Made by a program: the position numbers and the translations under genes. The notes beneath the pieces were generated by a model. That model was not told where the DNA came from, did no database searches, and saw only the letters and a program-made list of their open reading frames with translations. Below, in pieces: positions 10,863 through 23,504 of a stretch of DNA of 64,000 nt (positions are counted from its first letter, which is position 1; every line of letters begins with the position of its first letter). The stretch is from Folioceros fuciformis. Its lineage: Eukaryota. The stretch lies in assembly GCA_049999805.1 (NCBI GenBank), contig JBNGIO010006336.1:221347-285346 (forward strand). The letters run 5' to 3'.

Positions 10863-13115
10863 CTAAAGCTTCATTGCAGTTCGCATTGAAGAGTGAAACA
10901 TCCTTCCCCCTGCTAGTTCATCTAGTCGACGACGAAGGCGAGGAAAGTTGGCCGTGCTTTCCGCCTGCTCAAGCGATTCCGCAGCCGCTTCATAGTGGGG
11001 CTGCAAGATTTTATAAAGCAGCAGACGGACGTCGGTGTCTCCGAACTCATGGGTGGGTATCTCTTCCAGAACCTTCAATGCTTGCACGCCATCATTCCCA
11101 GACACAAATGCACGGAAAAGCCTGATCCTGGAGAAAATGTTTAGCGGCAACCCTGCCCTTTCCATGGCTTCAACAACCTCTAGAGCTCGTCGAGAATCTT
11201 TCTCAACTGTGCAGCCATCCAGTAAAGCTTCAAGACCTAGGCGCGTAGGGTGCATGCCCATGTGCCTCATGACCTCCAGCATTGCAAACCCGTCGTCTAC
11301 TGTAGTAGGGCATCCACTGTAATCGTCGTTCTTGTCTCCAATCGAAATAGCGAGAAATATCTTGTCGAACAACACTTCTGCATCTGCATTGCCCTTGGCG
11401 CTCACCTCTTTCAGAAACTCCACGGCCCATTCAAGCTCTCGCTGCCGAACACAGGCTAGCAGAATGGCCACATAAGACAAGGTCAAGTTCACCTGGCCAG
11501 TCCCTTTTGTCTCCTCAAAAACTGCAAACATGCGATCCAAGTCCCCTGATGTCCCCAGTAGCCTGAGAAGCATCCCCGTTGCATAAGCATCTGGCTGGAT
11601 GTGGGCTCTCATCATCTTGTCATACAGTTCCAGAGCTTCGTTAACACGGCGGTCGGCTGCCAGACCAGTCAGCAGTGCACTTTGTACCTCCATGCCAAGC
11701 TGCTGGCCTTCATCTTCGGCTTCTTGCAGCAACGCACGTGCCCGGTCAACCTTGCCACAGCGGACCAAGACGCTTATCACGGAGGCTAGCACATACTTCG
11801 TGGCCCTTATACCCTTGCTTTCCATGTCCTTCAGCAACTTGAATGCTCTCTGTTCGTCTTTCCTTCGAGAGCAAGCATGAAGTAGTGCTGCGTATGTCGC
11901 AGCATCAGGCTCTACCCCATCTGCTGCCATCTCGCCTTGCACAGAAAGAGCGCGCTTTAGCAGGCCTTTCCTTCCAAACCCCTCGATTATTGGACTGTAT
12001 GTGTGTGCTGTAGGTTTGATTCCTTGCTGCTTCATCTCTGCAACAAGGTTGTAAGCCTTCTCCATATCATCTGCCTGGACACTGGCATGTATCAGCATGT
12101 TGAAAGTCACAGCAGTTGGCTCTACTCCGATTCGCTTCATGTGCTTCACAGCCTCATATGCATTGTCCACCCTCATCTCCCTGCAATACTGTCGAATAAA
12201 AGGATTGAACGAGGAAGCATTCCACTGTAACTCCTTCTCCTGCATCTCCTCCAGGAGTGCAAATCCTGCACATGATAGGCCTTGTTTGCAAGCTGCATCT
12301 ATCAACACGTTGAATGTAGCTGGGCTAGTTGTAACAGGCGCTACAGCCTTCTCCATTCTCCTAAAAGAAGCCAAAGCTCCATCAAGCTTGCAACTATCTG
12401 TCACACCAGCCATGTAGGCACTGATAAGGTAAGACACGCGTGGTCCCTCCATGCCTGGCCTGCCCCCGCCCTTGAGCAATCCCATGTGGTAGATAGCTTC
12501 TTTCTCATACCCACATCTCCCGAGGCATTGAAATGCTGCAGCCAATGCTTTTTCGCAGGACGCATTCAAGGACGCGACTGCCAGCAGTTCCACAAGCTCA
12601 TCAACTCTGCCTAGGTCAGCTAAGGCCTTCATCAACCAAACATGCACAGAAGGTGGGAGAACGAAATTAGCAGCCTTTGCTGCTGTGAAGACACCAAGGG
12701 CCTCGTCCAAGTCTCCTTCCTTTATGCGAGTGTTGAATTCATGCCGCTTCCTCTCATTCTTCAGCAGCTTATCACCAGCAGGTTTAGACGGTCTGTCAGG
12801 GCTTGGGGAATCCGGCAGTTCGGAGAGCAACTCCTTGTCCAACAAATCAGGGTCTTGTGCATTGCCAGCATTTGAGGTAAAAATCTTAGTCAAACCTGTC
12901 TTCGAGCTTTGCTCCTTACTCAGGCTACTGTCCACCTCATGAGGTTCAGGACAAACTCCTCCGACGTCAACATGGTCGATCATTAGCCTTGTTGTGGGCA
13001 TGGGGAACACAGTTGATGAAGAGGAGAGAGCCCGCCGGCAAGCAACTGCTGCGAGGTGGTGAAAAACCCCGGCTGTTCGCATGAGGTACGCCACTGAGCC
13101 ATGAACGCTGACCAT
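10863..13115 (-). CDS. P-class pentatricopeptide repeat protein, intronless, probably mitochondrial
   Basis: 750-aa ORF with tandem 35-aa P motifs (TFNVLIDAACK, TFNMLIHA, TYSPIIEGFGR, TYAALLHAC). R/S/A-rich N-terminus. Confidence 0.9.
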   Translation of the reverse strand: MVSVHGSVAYLMRTAGVFHHLAAVACRRALSSSSTVFPMPTTRLMIDHVDVGGVCPEPHEVDSSLSKEQSSKTGLTKIFTSNAGNAQDPDLLDKELLSELPDSPSPDRPSKPAGDKLLKNERKRHEFNTRIKEGDLDEALGVFTAAKAANFVLPPSVHVWLMKALADLGRVDELVELLAVASLNASCEKALAAAFQCLGRCGYEKEAIYHMGLLKGGGRPGMEGPRVSYLISAYMAGVTDSCKLDGALASFRRMEKAVAPVTTSPATFNVLIDAACKQGLSCAGFALLEEMQEKELQWNASSFNPFIRQYCREMRVDNAYEAVKHMKRIGVEPTAVTFNMLIHASVQADDMEKAYNLVAEMKQQGIKPTAHTYSPIIEGFGRKGLLKRALSVQGEMAADGVEPDAATYAALLHACSRRKDEQRAFKLLKDMESKGIRATKYVLASVISVLVRCGKVDRARALLQEAEDEGQQLGMEVQSALLTGLAADRRVNEALELYDKMMRAHIQPDAYATGMLLRLLGTSGDLDRMFAVFEETKGTGQVNLTLSYVAILLACVRQRELEWAVEFLKEVSAKGNADAEVLFDKIFLAISIGDKNDDYSGCPTTVDDGFAMLEVMRHMGMHPTRLGLEALLDGCTVEKDSRRALEVVEAMERAGLPLNIFSRIRLFRAFVSGNDGVQALKVLEEIPTHEFGDTDVRLLLYKILQPHYEAAAESLEQAESTANFPRLRRRLDELAGGRMFHSSMRTAMKL

Positions 13116-13429
13116 CTGATATGAGATCTAAACGATGGCTCCTGACTGCAGAGAAGCAAATACGACCATTTGTCAAGGATGTCAGACGTGATGCCCACCC
13201 GCGATGAGTTCAGAGGCCCTTTCGGTTCAACTTCCTAATTAGCACCACGCAATCCGCAGCTATCACAAAGCGGATTCTTCACTTGCAGATGACAGGTCCA
13301 TCCAATACATGAGAATTCTTCCAAGGAAATTGTTCACAGCCTTGTTAAGCAGCAGCAAACAGATACCGCACCCAATAACGATGTGACAGGTCTTATTAGC
13401 AGCATCCGAATGATGAGCCTTCCCGGGAC

Positions 13430-15210
13430 ATGTTGTTTGATTCTGCCTCCGGGGCAAGAGGAAGTACGGTGATGTACGGGGATGGCCTCGCCGTCTGGCA
13501 TGTTGGAGAATCTGCACCCAGGCCGGTGTCTCGTTCTGGAGTTTGCGCGGCGGGCCTCTGTTGTGCAGATGTGGAGACAGGGGCGCCTGGAGGATTTGTA
13601 TCATCGGTGGTGCTGTATTCCGCCTTGAAGTGTGATGTGACTCTCCCTCAGCACGTAGCGATGCTTGTTCGCCTCGACAGGGAGGGGGATTGACTGTACT
13701 CTTCGGAAGGAGGGCAGTGGCAGCTGCTGGCATCCGTAGACGTGAGCCGCATGATGATTTTCTTCTGGCGCGCCGCAGAGGCCAGGTCTGTTGTATCTGT
13801 GTTGCAATGGGGCAGGGAAGAGGAATTTCTGAAAGCAACCTTGAGTGGTCTGGTACCAGCCGTCTGACTAAAGGCATTGTTTCAGCACGGCGCCCCGGTT
13901 GTGCCTTCCGTTTCGTACGCAGACGATGCAGTGGGACGTGTGATCGTGGAGGAATGCTATTCTCCGCTAACAGGATGCATGGTTGTTGAGGAAGATGGGA
14001 TCGCATCGACACAGGTATGTGTGTCTCGGGTTCACGTTGTATGACCAGATTCCATGTGAATGTGGTATCACATGTTTAGGCCAGGTCATCGATGGAGCTC
14101 GAAAACTGTGGGCAGGCGGGCCCATAAATGCCTGTCAGAAGTCTGTGGCGGCATAGACTTTGATTCGAAAGGATGCCCAGCTTGATTCAGACGGAACTGG
14201 GTTTACACTTGTCTGGTGATTATGTATGAACGCGACGAGCACACTGGGAAGATGGGAGTGAGATGCGTGGATCATGATAGGTTTGTCCACAGATATTTGG
14301 CTCCCATTGTCGCTGGTCTGGTGTTGGTGTCTCCACGGTTTGATGCTTCCACCGGGAGTGAATGTAGAGTGGAGGTGTTGTGCGTGGGAGTTGGTGGTGG
14401 AGCGCTTCTCAGGTTCCTCCATAGACATCTGCCATCATTTGAGACACAGGTGAGATTCTTAAACTTCCTTCTTTGCTGTGCAGAACTAGAAGAGAAGGAC
14501 CTGTCGGCTCATGTGCTTCTCGTTGGTTTATGTGTTACGTCGGTTGATGTGGTAATTGGTGATGCTCAGGTGGTGGATTTGGATGAAGTAGTTTTAAGAT
14601 TGGCAAGGCAGCACTTCGATCTCTTGGAGGATGACAGGCTGCATGTGAGGGCCAGTGATGGATGGAGGCTGGCCGTCTTCTTGGCTGACAAGGTGTGAAG
14701 CTGGGCGCCTTCCGACAGAGACCTTGTGCAGACTGTGGCAGCGTGAAGCTGCTGCAAGGCACACCTCATGTTGTATGCCGCCGGCTTAATTCCTGCCATC
14801 ACGGCGTCGTGCAGACGTGAAGATCCCCGGTTTCATGTCATCGTCTTGGACGTGGATGCAGCCGATCCCAAGTTGGGTCTGAGCTCTTCTCTTCCTCTTC
14901 TTGTAGAAAAAGTTGTCCTCTAGTCAACTTACGGGTGCCTTCAGGAAGATGGCATGCTTGCCATAAATGTGACCCCTTATGGCTAGAACAGTGTTCAATT
15001 TTTGGTGGATGTCGTGAAGGAGGTGTTTCTTGAAGAGTATGCTGTCCCCGTCGAGGATGGAGTTTTTGCGTTGCCTTTAGAACTCCCTCTGTTTGTTCAC
15101 TCTGCTCCTCTCTCCAGTGAGGAGGAGAACTTGTAGACAGAAAGTTGAAGGGGCGCATTCGCAAACTTTGAGGAGATTCTTTCCTATCTATCAGCTGGAA
15201 ATCCGCCTAG
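13430..15210 (+). pseudogene. METTL13/eEF1A-KNMT-like (spermidine-synthase-fold) SAM methyltransferase, probably pseudogenised
   Basis: AMLVRLDREGD*LYSSEGGQWQLL; HRYLAPIVAGL; VLCVGVGGGALLRFL; VVDLDEVVLRLARQHF; FHVIVLDVDAADP; GMLAINV. In-frame TGA at ~13691 and TAG at ~14921. Boundaries are approximate. Confidence 0.7.
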
Positions 15211-15310
15211 AAAGCGGCTGCGAAGATATTTGCAAACCCGAGTCTATTAGACCCGCAAGGTTGGCAGCAGATTTGTCTGGAATGCACACCTGCCCACCTC
15301 TCTGTCACAG

Positions 15311-17180
15311 CTACTTCAAGTGAGCAGCAAGGCTGACATATCTATTTTGTTGCAACTGATTGGAGCAGCCAGTTTCAATTGGACACTCGCAAAAGCAGTC
15401 CGGCAAAGGCAAATCTCGGCCTGTTTCCACAGCCTGTTTGTGTACATTCCACATGGTAGCTGCAACATCCTTGGCTTTAAAACCTTCCGATGTCTTGGCT
15501 ATGGCAAAGGCCTTCCGATTCAGGACCAACGTTTGTCTCTTCCCTTTCAAGACCCTTGCTGCCACCACCATCTTGTCCATGTTCCCGAAATATGTTGCCA
15601 CGTACACGTCACTTTCCAATGATATGAGATAGTCCAAGGCAGCTTTGCTGTTCCCCCTTAGCGACTGCAGGGTCTCCCCAGCAAGCAGCTCCGACTTGGT
15701 GAAGACATTGCCGAAGGTCTGAGTGAAGCCAGACTGCTCTATCAGGCTCCCTCCTGCTGCAAGGTATATGGGCATGTTTCTGGGAAACCCCAGAGAGCGT
15801 AAGATGAATGCAGCCTCAGAAGGAGTGAGAGGGCATTTTCCTCTGTTCCGCCATGCCACTGCCGGATCTCCTGCAAGCTCACTTCTGCCCAGACTCCGGC
15901 GGGCAGCATCAACTGCACTTCTTGATGTATTTGACAAGTCCGGGTAAGCACACCGGCTGAAGGCAATCATGTCAGGTTCAAAGCGGAGGTGGAGGGCCAC
16001 GAAAGGACGTGGCATATTCCTTAACAGCTGCGCTGCAACCTTCCTTAGCTTCTTCACTGGACGGAGGGCCTGGTGGCATGCCTGACACCTTGCAGCTTTC
16101 GCTCCAAGGGGGTGCCTGAAAAGCAACTCCACAAAATGCCTAATCAGAACCTTGCCACACTCCGAGTTCAGACAGGCGACGAGTGGCGGACACACCTGTC
16201 AGGTCTCTGGCTTGCAGCAGGCCTGATGACTACCACCTTCTCTTTCCGTAGGATGGGCAACACCACTTCGGTGTAGTCGAAGAGGGACTTGTTCTTGCTC
16301 TTTTGGCACTGTACGACCGTGGGTGCCTTGGAGATGAGATGTGGTACAACTTCAGTGGCCACACGAACATAACCCTTCATCTGCTTGATGAAGTACTTGG
16401 TGTCAAAGACCTCTGCAAACGCGCTGCCATGGAACAGCGGCATCAGACGTATAGGATTTCTCACATCATGCCCAGCCTGACGCTGCCACTGCTAGCAAGA
16501 CATTGGTAAAACCTTGTGTCATTCCAGAAAGAGGAGACCTCGAGCTGTGGCAGCAGCAATGTTGCATTCAAGAGGTGAGCCACTCCCACACCATCGCAGA
16601 ACTGCCAAGTACCATCGAGGACCATAACACAATTCAATTACTACAACAACAATACTTAAAGCAAGCATAGTGACAATGCGTCTCTACACCCAGATCCTGA
16701 CACGGACGGAATCGATGAACAAATCATGCATTTCTGCTACGACTGCGGGCCATTACCAAGAGCTCAGCTTACATCTCGTCGCATCTGATTAAGGCCACCA
16801 GCGCAATCCACTTGAAGAAAGCCGTTGCTCTTGGCGGGAAGGCCAGCTGCAGACAGAAGCAGCAACACACGCACGGACAAGGCCATGAGGAGAGAGCTGG
16901 AATTGCGCGATTTCATTCATGTCCTGGCCGGGGTCGGCTCACCTGCTGGAGGCTGGGAGCTCCACCAAGGGCAGCGCATCCACTGCCTCTCAGGAAGATT
17001 GCTCCAGAGCTCAGTCCACCTCCCGCCAGCGGAGGGCGTGAGGGAAGCTTCAGAGAGTGGCACTGACGGATTGAAGCTGGAGAGAGGAGGCAGTAGCGCC
17101 ACCGTCCCTGCCAGCGCAATTAGCATGGCGGCCACTGCTGCTCTGGCCACACTCCTGTGCTGCCATAGCCGGGGCAACAT
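15311..17180 (-). CDS. Plant O-fucosyltransferase family glycosyltransferase (GT106), multi-exon
   Basis: N-terminal TM anchor; NGFLQVDCAGGLNQMRRD / FCDGVGVAHLLNATLLLP; FVALHLRFEPDM; GKCPLTPSE; AALDY...SDVYVATYFGNM. Confidence 0.92.
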
Positions 17181-17613
17181 TCTTTTCTCCCTTCAACAAA
17201 GCTTCAACGCAGATGCACATTCTTCAGAGTGGAGCCGAGCATGAGCGCAACTCCGCAATTCCAGATCGGCTTTCTCCTCGTTGGGGGGTTAAGGATACCA
17301 ATGCACTAGCAGCCCTAACGTACGATCTGGTGCGGTTGCACTTGCTTGCACGCCTCTGGGGGCGCGCCTCATCACATACCTACATGATTCTGTTGTCTGT
17401 CGCTTTGCGAGGGAGGCACATCCACGAATATGGAAGAGATTTTCAACAATGGCGGCTTGCTTTATTGCTTTCCTCCAGTCTCCTGTTCTTTGCTTTCATC
17501 GAGCTTCCCTCCTTGCTGATGTCTTCCTTTCTTTGTTTCGTCAAAGCTTCATACTCTTGAAGTTACGTGGAATGCGCAACGTATATATGCATGGGGCTCC
17601 AGCATGCATGCGC

Positions 17614-19103
17614 TCAGTGAGCAGTGGCACGAGTCTGATCATCTGCTGACCTTTTCAAGATGCAATAATGAGAAACACATCCATCTCTCAAGTACTTGCG
17701 AAATCTCTTAGACCATGGTCGCCCTTTGGCAACCTTTCTGGCCTCCACAGTGGACTGCACGTCTTCATACCGCTTCTCGTGTTGCCTCTTTTCCTGCTCC
17801 TTCGTTTCTTCCTGTCCTTCCTGCTTCTCCTTCGTCTCTTGCTCTCCTTCCTGCTTCTCCTTCGTCTCTTGCCCTCCTTCCTGCTTCTCCTTCGTCTCTT
17901 GCCCTCCTTCCTGCTTCTCCTTCGTGTCTTGCCCTCCTTCCTGCTTCTCCTTCGTCTCTTGCCCTCCTTCCTGCTTCTCCGTCGTCTCTTGCCCTCCTTC
18001 CTGCTTCTCCTTCGTCTCTTGCCCTCCTNNNNNNNNNNTCGTCTCTTGCCCTCCTTCCTGCTTCTCCTTCGTCTCTTGCCCTCCTTCCTGCTTCTCCTTC
18101 GCCTCTTGCCCTCCTTCCTTTCTCACCCCCACTTTCTCTGCTTCCTTCTCCTCCTCCCGGTTCTCGTTGTCCTGCACCTCGGAGTGTCAGTGTGTCTTGT
18201 CGGCCAAGGGCTGAACCCCCAATCAAGATCCGTGCAATGTCTGACCTTCGATCTTGATCCTGGGTTCGATGCTCCAGGCATATCCTCTAGCTCCTGTTGT
18301 ACCTTCTCAGGCCTCTCAGGTTTCAAGATGCCAGAAGCAAGCAGGACATCCTCTTGCTGCGGCAGCTTGCCCAACTCGTGCGGAGTCCGCACCGGCTCAT
18401 CCGCAGGATTGAGGACCAAGGCGGCGTCCTCACGGGCAGCTCCCGGGGAGCCTGCCTCGCCATCCAGGTGGGCTGGCAAATGCAAAGAGAGCAGCAAATC
18501 CCGGCTCTGACCCAACAGCAATAGGCACATTGTGATCCGACAACTACGTGGATACACTTGTTCTGAAGCGTATGCTAGAAACGTGCATACAGTGACCTGA
18601 CTCTTGAGCTAAAATGTCTCACAATGTGAAATGCCTGCAGCAGTGCATAAAGTAACCTGACTCGCTCACAAACGAGACCGTACGGGCGGGGCAGAATTGA
18701 GCTCACCGAGAACAGACTGTTGGACACCAAGGACACCCTTTGTTCCAGCAACGACACCCGCTCCAACACCGTCCCCTTCTCTTCCACCTCCTCCAAGGCT
18801 GATCTGGCAGGCCTGCACCGCCTATCCAGACTGCCCGGGGTTGAAGGCTCCGACCACCTGGTCTCTCCTGTCACGATTGAACTTGGACTGCTCAGCGGCA
18901 GGGCTTGCCCGTCTTCCCAAACGGCCACCTTCATAACAGGGAACCTGGACCTTACATTTGCCCCTGCTCGAGAATTGAAAGGAATTCGTGTGTCCATGAA
19001 TGCCATCCAACGGACAGAGGGCAGAATGCAATACCTGGTGCTCCAGTCGCTCCAGTCTGAGTAATAGTGGTGTCCCTGGCTGGTCCGGCGTACCCATCTC
19101 CAT
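17614..19103 (-). CDS. Uncharacterised plant protein with conserved LERLE / RCRP..ALEEVEEKGTVLERVSLLE segments and an acidic 10-aa repeat tail
   Basis: Four exons joined by plausible GT-AG introns: MEMGTPDQPGTPLLLRLERLEHQ | VAVWEDG...LEQR | SRDLL...GSRSK | DNENREEE...(EGGQETKEKQ)n. Confidence 0.6.
17790..18118. repeat. 30-bp coding minisatellite, at least 10 copies, spanning an assembly gap
   Basis: Unit ttcgtctcttgccctccttcctgcttctcc at 17801, 17831, 17861 and onward. N-run at 18029-18038. Confidence 0.95.
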
Positions 19104-19929
19104 GTTCTTCCCTGCTAGCTAGATGTGCCGTCTCACACGGACTGCGGGGATCGCATTTCCACAGACGCCCCTGAGAAAATTGTGCGATCGTTCAACTGAC
19201 TTGAGCTGCTTCCATTCTGGTCCCCGTCTGGGACCGGATGCCAGGCCACTCCATGCTCGCCACCTCCTCCTTCTTGCCACTGGAGTGGCGTGGAAATTGC
19301 ATGCGCACGGCGGAATCGGGACTCGCCGTGGCAACGCCACAAAATTATCCGTTTTATATAGCAAATCATCTAGATACATATATGTATGTACTTGACAAGT
19401 GGTCTCCTATTATCTTGTCTTCTATTGCTGTGCATTTCTTCCATCCCATGGCGTTGCGTTGCATGCAATGGAGGCTGGAGCAAGTCCTCCACCAGTCCAT
19501 TTGGCAGCTTTCGGCAAGACCTTCACCAGCAAACGTTCCCAGACCTAGTGCAGAGGTTCGCCAGAGGAGCCACTTGTGGTCCGGTTACGAGCCAAGCCCC
19601 CAGGCAGGATCAGGTGATCGGGTGTACAGGTTTCCCATGCATGCAGGGGGTGGAAGGATGCCCCAAGCGTGCTTTAGTTCTGCAAAAGGAGACACGGGTG
19701 TCCCTACGACCTGTTTTGCTCGAAGAAAATGGCGTGCTTTGCTAAACCATGAACTTCGTGGAGATCGAAAGACGACAGAGCTGATGCTGGTTTCAGCCGG
19801 CACGGTGTCCCCATGTGCAGAGCATAACACGAGATCGCACATTTGACAACAAAGCTCCTCCTCAGAATCTCGGTCAACCCGAGCAACCTCGTACAACCCG
19901 TGCAGGAAACCTCCAAGCTCCTGCTTCGC

Positions 19930-20630
19930 ATGGCTGACGATGAGGATGGCCAGCTGCAGGCGGAGAAATTTGTGGAGACTGAAAGCGCAGAAGCAATCAT
20001 CAAGCGTATAGAGCACAAATCTCGCAGAGTGGATCGATTGATACATTTGTGTGTGGTTACCTCGAGCCAGCTTCATGTCACAACGTCACGAGGATGGTTT
20101 GGATCCCGGACTGACTCGGAATAGTTGATTGTGTTGACAGATCTTTATTCAACGAGGGACTGAGAACGTCCTTGGAAGATGCTCCGACGAAGACGAGCGA
20201 CGATTTGTGTAAGGTATACCTAAATTTCGCAATTCCGGTGGTGAGGCGAGGGGAAGGGGGCTGAACTTCCAACATCGTCTTGTGATCAGTCTGCGAATTG
20301 GCTGGTCGTCCACCGTGCATTGATGGCTGTCAAGGATGTTGATTCCCTGCTGGATCATAGTCTGGACTCGCAGTATCACGACATTCTCATGAAGTGAGTT
20401 GATACTTGCCAGTCCAAGATGATTCCTGATTGTTTGTTCCCCGTAAATGTGTTGCCATGACATTAATTGTCTCCCTCACGTTCTTGTGATGCAGATATTT
20501 GTATAAAGGGCTGTCCACAGGTGACAGACTAACGAGTGATCAGTGCCTCCGCCTACATGAGAAGCTTGTAGAGAAGGCTGGACTGGGATGTATCCTCCGA
20601 GCTTTATGTGATGGTGCAAATACTGTGTAG
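19930..20630 (+). CDS. ARPC5: Actin-related protein 2/3 complex subunit 5, copy 1 (4 exons)
   Basis: Exons 19930-20048, 20141-20213, 20290-20393, 20495-20630 give FVETESAEAIIKRIEHKSR...SANWLVVHRALMA...ILMKYLYKGLSTGD...HEKLVEKAGLGCILRAL...NTV*. Confidence 0.93.
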
Positions 20631-21508
20631 GCTGAAGTTCTGAACGAAGGAACAACTGGTAGTGCCTTACCAAAACTCACGTGAGTTTTGAGCTCGTCAT
20701 GGCTGTTACTCTTCAGTCTTGACCCTTGTCCGTGACCACAAGGTGCGGAGAGCACGAGGAGACCAGAGAACAGGTGCCGATGAGGGAGATGAGAGTTTAA
20801 AATTATGATCTTAACGGTGTAATAAGTGTGTATACGTCTGACTTTACTTCTCTCTAATCAAACATGACTCGATTCGACCAGTAGTTCTCCTACTTTTAAG
20901 GAAGCAATAGTTGTTCTCCTGTTTTGATGCGCGGCCGTCTTTTTACAAGAACCCCGGAACTTCGACTAGGTTTCAATCTCTAACGGGATTAGAGAAGATG
21001 GTGCTAGAATTTGAGAACCAAGGGTAACAGGGATGTGACATCTAAACAGAATCCACCTTTGGCACCGCCGCGATCCAGAGTTGTGTGCTCAGCACGAAGT
21101 CATCAAGTCGGTTCCTACAAAGATTCCAAACGGGTTCACTGCTCGGCAGATTTGTGGATACTGCAGCTGTTCGCCCCCACATTTTGGGACATGCTGGTTT
21201 GCTTGCTCATCTGCCCACAGAAAACACATGAACGAGCAAAGCAGATGGTGCTGTTACCACCCCACCTAAAAGGGAAGTCTGATGGCAAAACCTACCACGA
21301 ATCGGACAAGAGAGCTCTTCGCAAACGCACGAAACGTCAAAACCTTTGAAACTGTCGAACAGCATCAGCACACAACTGTGGACGGGAAAGATGAAGATAT
21401 GATGCGAGCTGGTAACACAACCGCTGCTTGAAAGTTGTATTCCAGACACATGCTAGAGACAAAATTTTACCGAGCTTCAAACAAAAGCCCGCACGCACCA
21501 AGGTAAGG

Positions 21509-22067
21509 CTATTCCTCATCCTCAGCCTCGTTGTCGGCGATATTGAAGTATCGCAATTCATACATGTTCCTGTCCTTGTTGGAGGCTATGACGCGCAGCC
21601 AGTCCCTCACGTTGTGCTTCTTCAAGTACTTCTTCGTCAAGTACTTCAAATACCTGCAAACAAGCACCGAACGGCAGTCATTCACGTCCGAACAAACGAA
21701 ACCCTGAACGCAAAAAAAAACTTACACATCATCCCGCAGCGGGGTCACCCCGAGCTGGAGAGCAGGGGTACCACCAACAAATCCCAAACAAGCGCCAACA
21801 GCTAAGGCTGCCAACTAACCTCTTGGAGAAAGCAGCCTCTGAGGTGACGCTTATTCTGTTGTTTTGACGCGCGATCGTGACGATGTCGCCCAGGACCCCC
21901 GCCTTGCCTCCAACCTTGATCCTCTCTTGTAAAAACTTCTCGAAGGACGCTATGTCCATGATCTTGTCCTCCACGGGCTTGCCGCAGTCGATGGTAAAGG
22001 TGGAAGCCCTCTTCTTGCTCTTCGGACCCTGGGCCTTCTTGGCCGCAACTACAGCAGCCGGCGCCAT
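21509..22067 (-). CDS. RPL22: 60S ribosomal protein L22 (eL22), 2 coding exons
   Basis: [32 protein letters not shown]...[27 protein letters not shown]...YELRYFNI. Intron 21654-21819. Confidence 0.97.
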
Positions 22068-22128
22068 ATCTGCGAGAAACGTAGAGGACTGACGAGTTTA
22101 CGAGATTTCGGTCTAAATACGTAGGGTC

Positions 22129-22136
22129 TAGGGTTT
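22129..22136 (-). promoter_or_regulatory. Telo-box (AAACCCTA) upstream of RPL22
   Basis: TAGGGTTT on the plus strand ~60 bp upstream of the RPL22 ATG. Telo-boxes are typical of plant ribosomal protein genes. Confidence 0.6.
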
Positions 22137-23504
22137 AGGTCTAGATATGGTCGTTGCTTTAGTCCTATTCAGACAAGGTCGTTGCCATTCAGGTTTATAC
22201 ACATACAGTACGTAGGACAGATTTCTAGACCAAGGCCGCGCGATGAGTGCCAGGCAGGGAAAAACCTGCTAAAACGCATGAGGCTGTTGATGGATTCAGA
22301 GAAAGCGTCTCAGAATTCGAGATTTGTGGCGGAGGCCACAGCCGGTATGGGCATGATTTGAGACGCAAAGGGATGACTTCCTGTCGGTAGGGGTGGCAGA
22401 TACATGGACGTTGTATGAAGTAGGCAATGATCTCGTGAAGGAGGTTGTGTTGCGCAATTCGGTTCTCCAGCGATTGCAACGAGGATGGAGAACCAGGTCA
22501 GGGATGGCGAGCATTCGCTGCACTTTTACTGGAGGATTTAGCTTAATCATGGCCCCGGACGAACGCCTTACTCTTGGATCAAGGGAAGGGTGAACTATGT
22601 ACTGAACTCCTCTACTCTGCAGGGCGGTACCGGTACGTCACGAGAACTCCAGCGTGGAGACAACTTGTGCATTCCTATGTTGCCTGTTACCTGGTGCTTG
22701 TCTGAATGACGAGGCTGACGGAAGGTGAGTTGAGAGAGCCGGAAAGGTTCCTCGATTGCCAGTTTTCATCTCTGGTGTTCCGCCCTTGATGGAGTTTCAG
22801 GCAGTAGGACACAGAAAAAGGCAGAGAGGTGACAAGGCCCACCGGGTGACATGAGATGTTGTTTAAAGCTTTTCCCGGCCCTGGTGGGCTTAGTGCGCAG
22901 CAACGGATTGGAGGCACCTGTGTTGTAGGTTGCCAACTTGCCATTCGAAGGTTCTTTAGAGCATCGAATGATCTGTATGGGAGTAGCAGAAAGATGAAAA
23001 CGAGACAGTTGATGCCACTACTTTATGAAGAATCTGCTGCGGTCCCCTCTGCTCCTTGGTCCATACATGCAATCTTGCCTCGTTCGACATTTGATTCACA
23101 CCTGGTGGGAGGAGAATCGAACGTGATCCCAGCCACGAACAGGCTTCCTTGTGCGCGCGGCAAGCACACACTGACTCTACTTTCCTCGTGCATCGCGGGG
23201 ACACCAGTTGGTACGTCCGGATGGCCGTTCAAGGCAGCCAATACACAGTCTACTTTCCTCTTGTATGGAACATGAATACGTCGGCTCGCGTCCGGTGACA
23301 CCGAACATCAATGGGTCACCTTCAGGCGAAACGGTCGATCACGTATACTCCTGCATTCCATAAACCATTCCGCCATGCTATTGTGCGCGTGTTCTAGCCA
23401 AGGTCCAACAGCCGGTTCTCGCTGTGGCCTCATTAGCGATTCCAGGATCACGTCCGTGTCCAAGAAACGACCATCTGTCCTTCCTTGTTCCTCCTGCTAA
23501 AAAG

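Noticed and set aside
13688-14925. Idea that the methyltransferase stops are repaired by U-to-C editing or Sec recoding
   Set aside because: The gene is nuclear, TGA-to-CGA would give Arg rather than the conserved Trp, and land plants lack selenocysteine decoding.
17668-18510. Plus-strand Leu-rich and Cys/Ser-rich ORFs
   Set aside because: They are antisense shadows of the stop-free 30-bp repeat.
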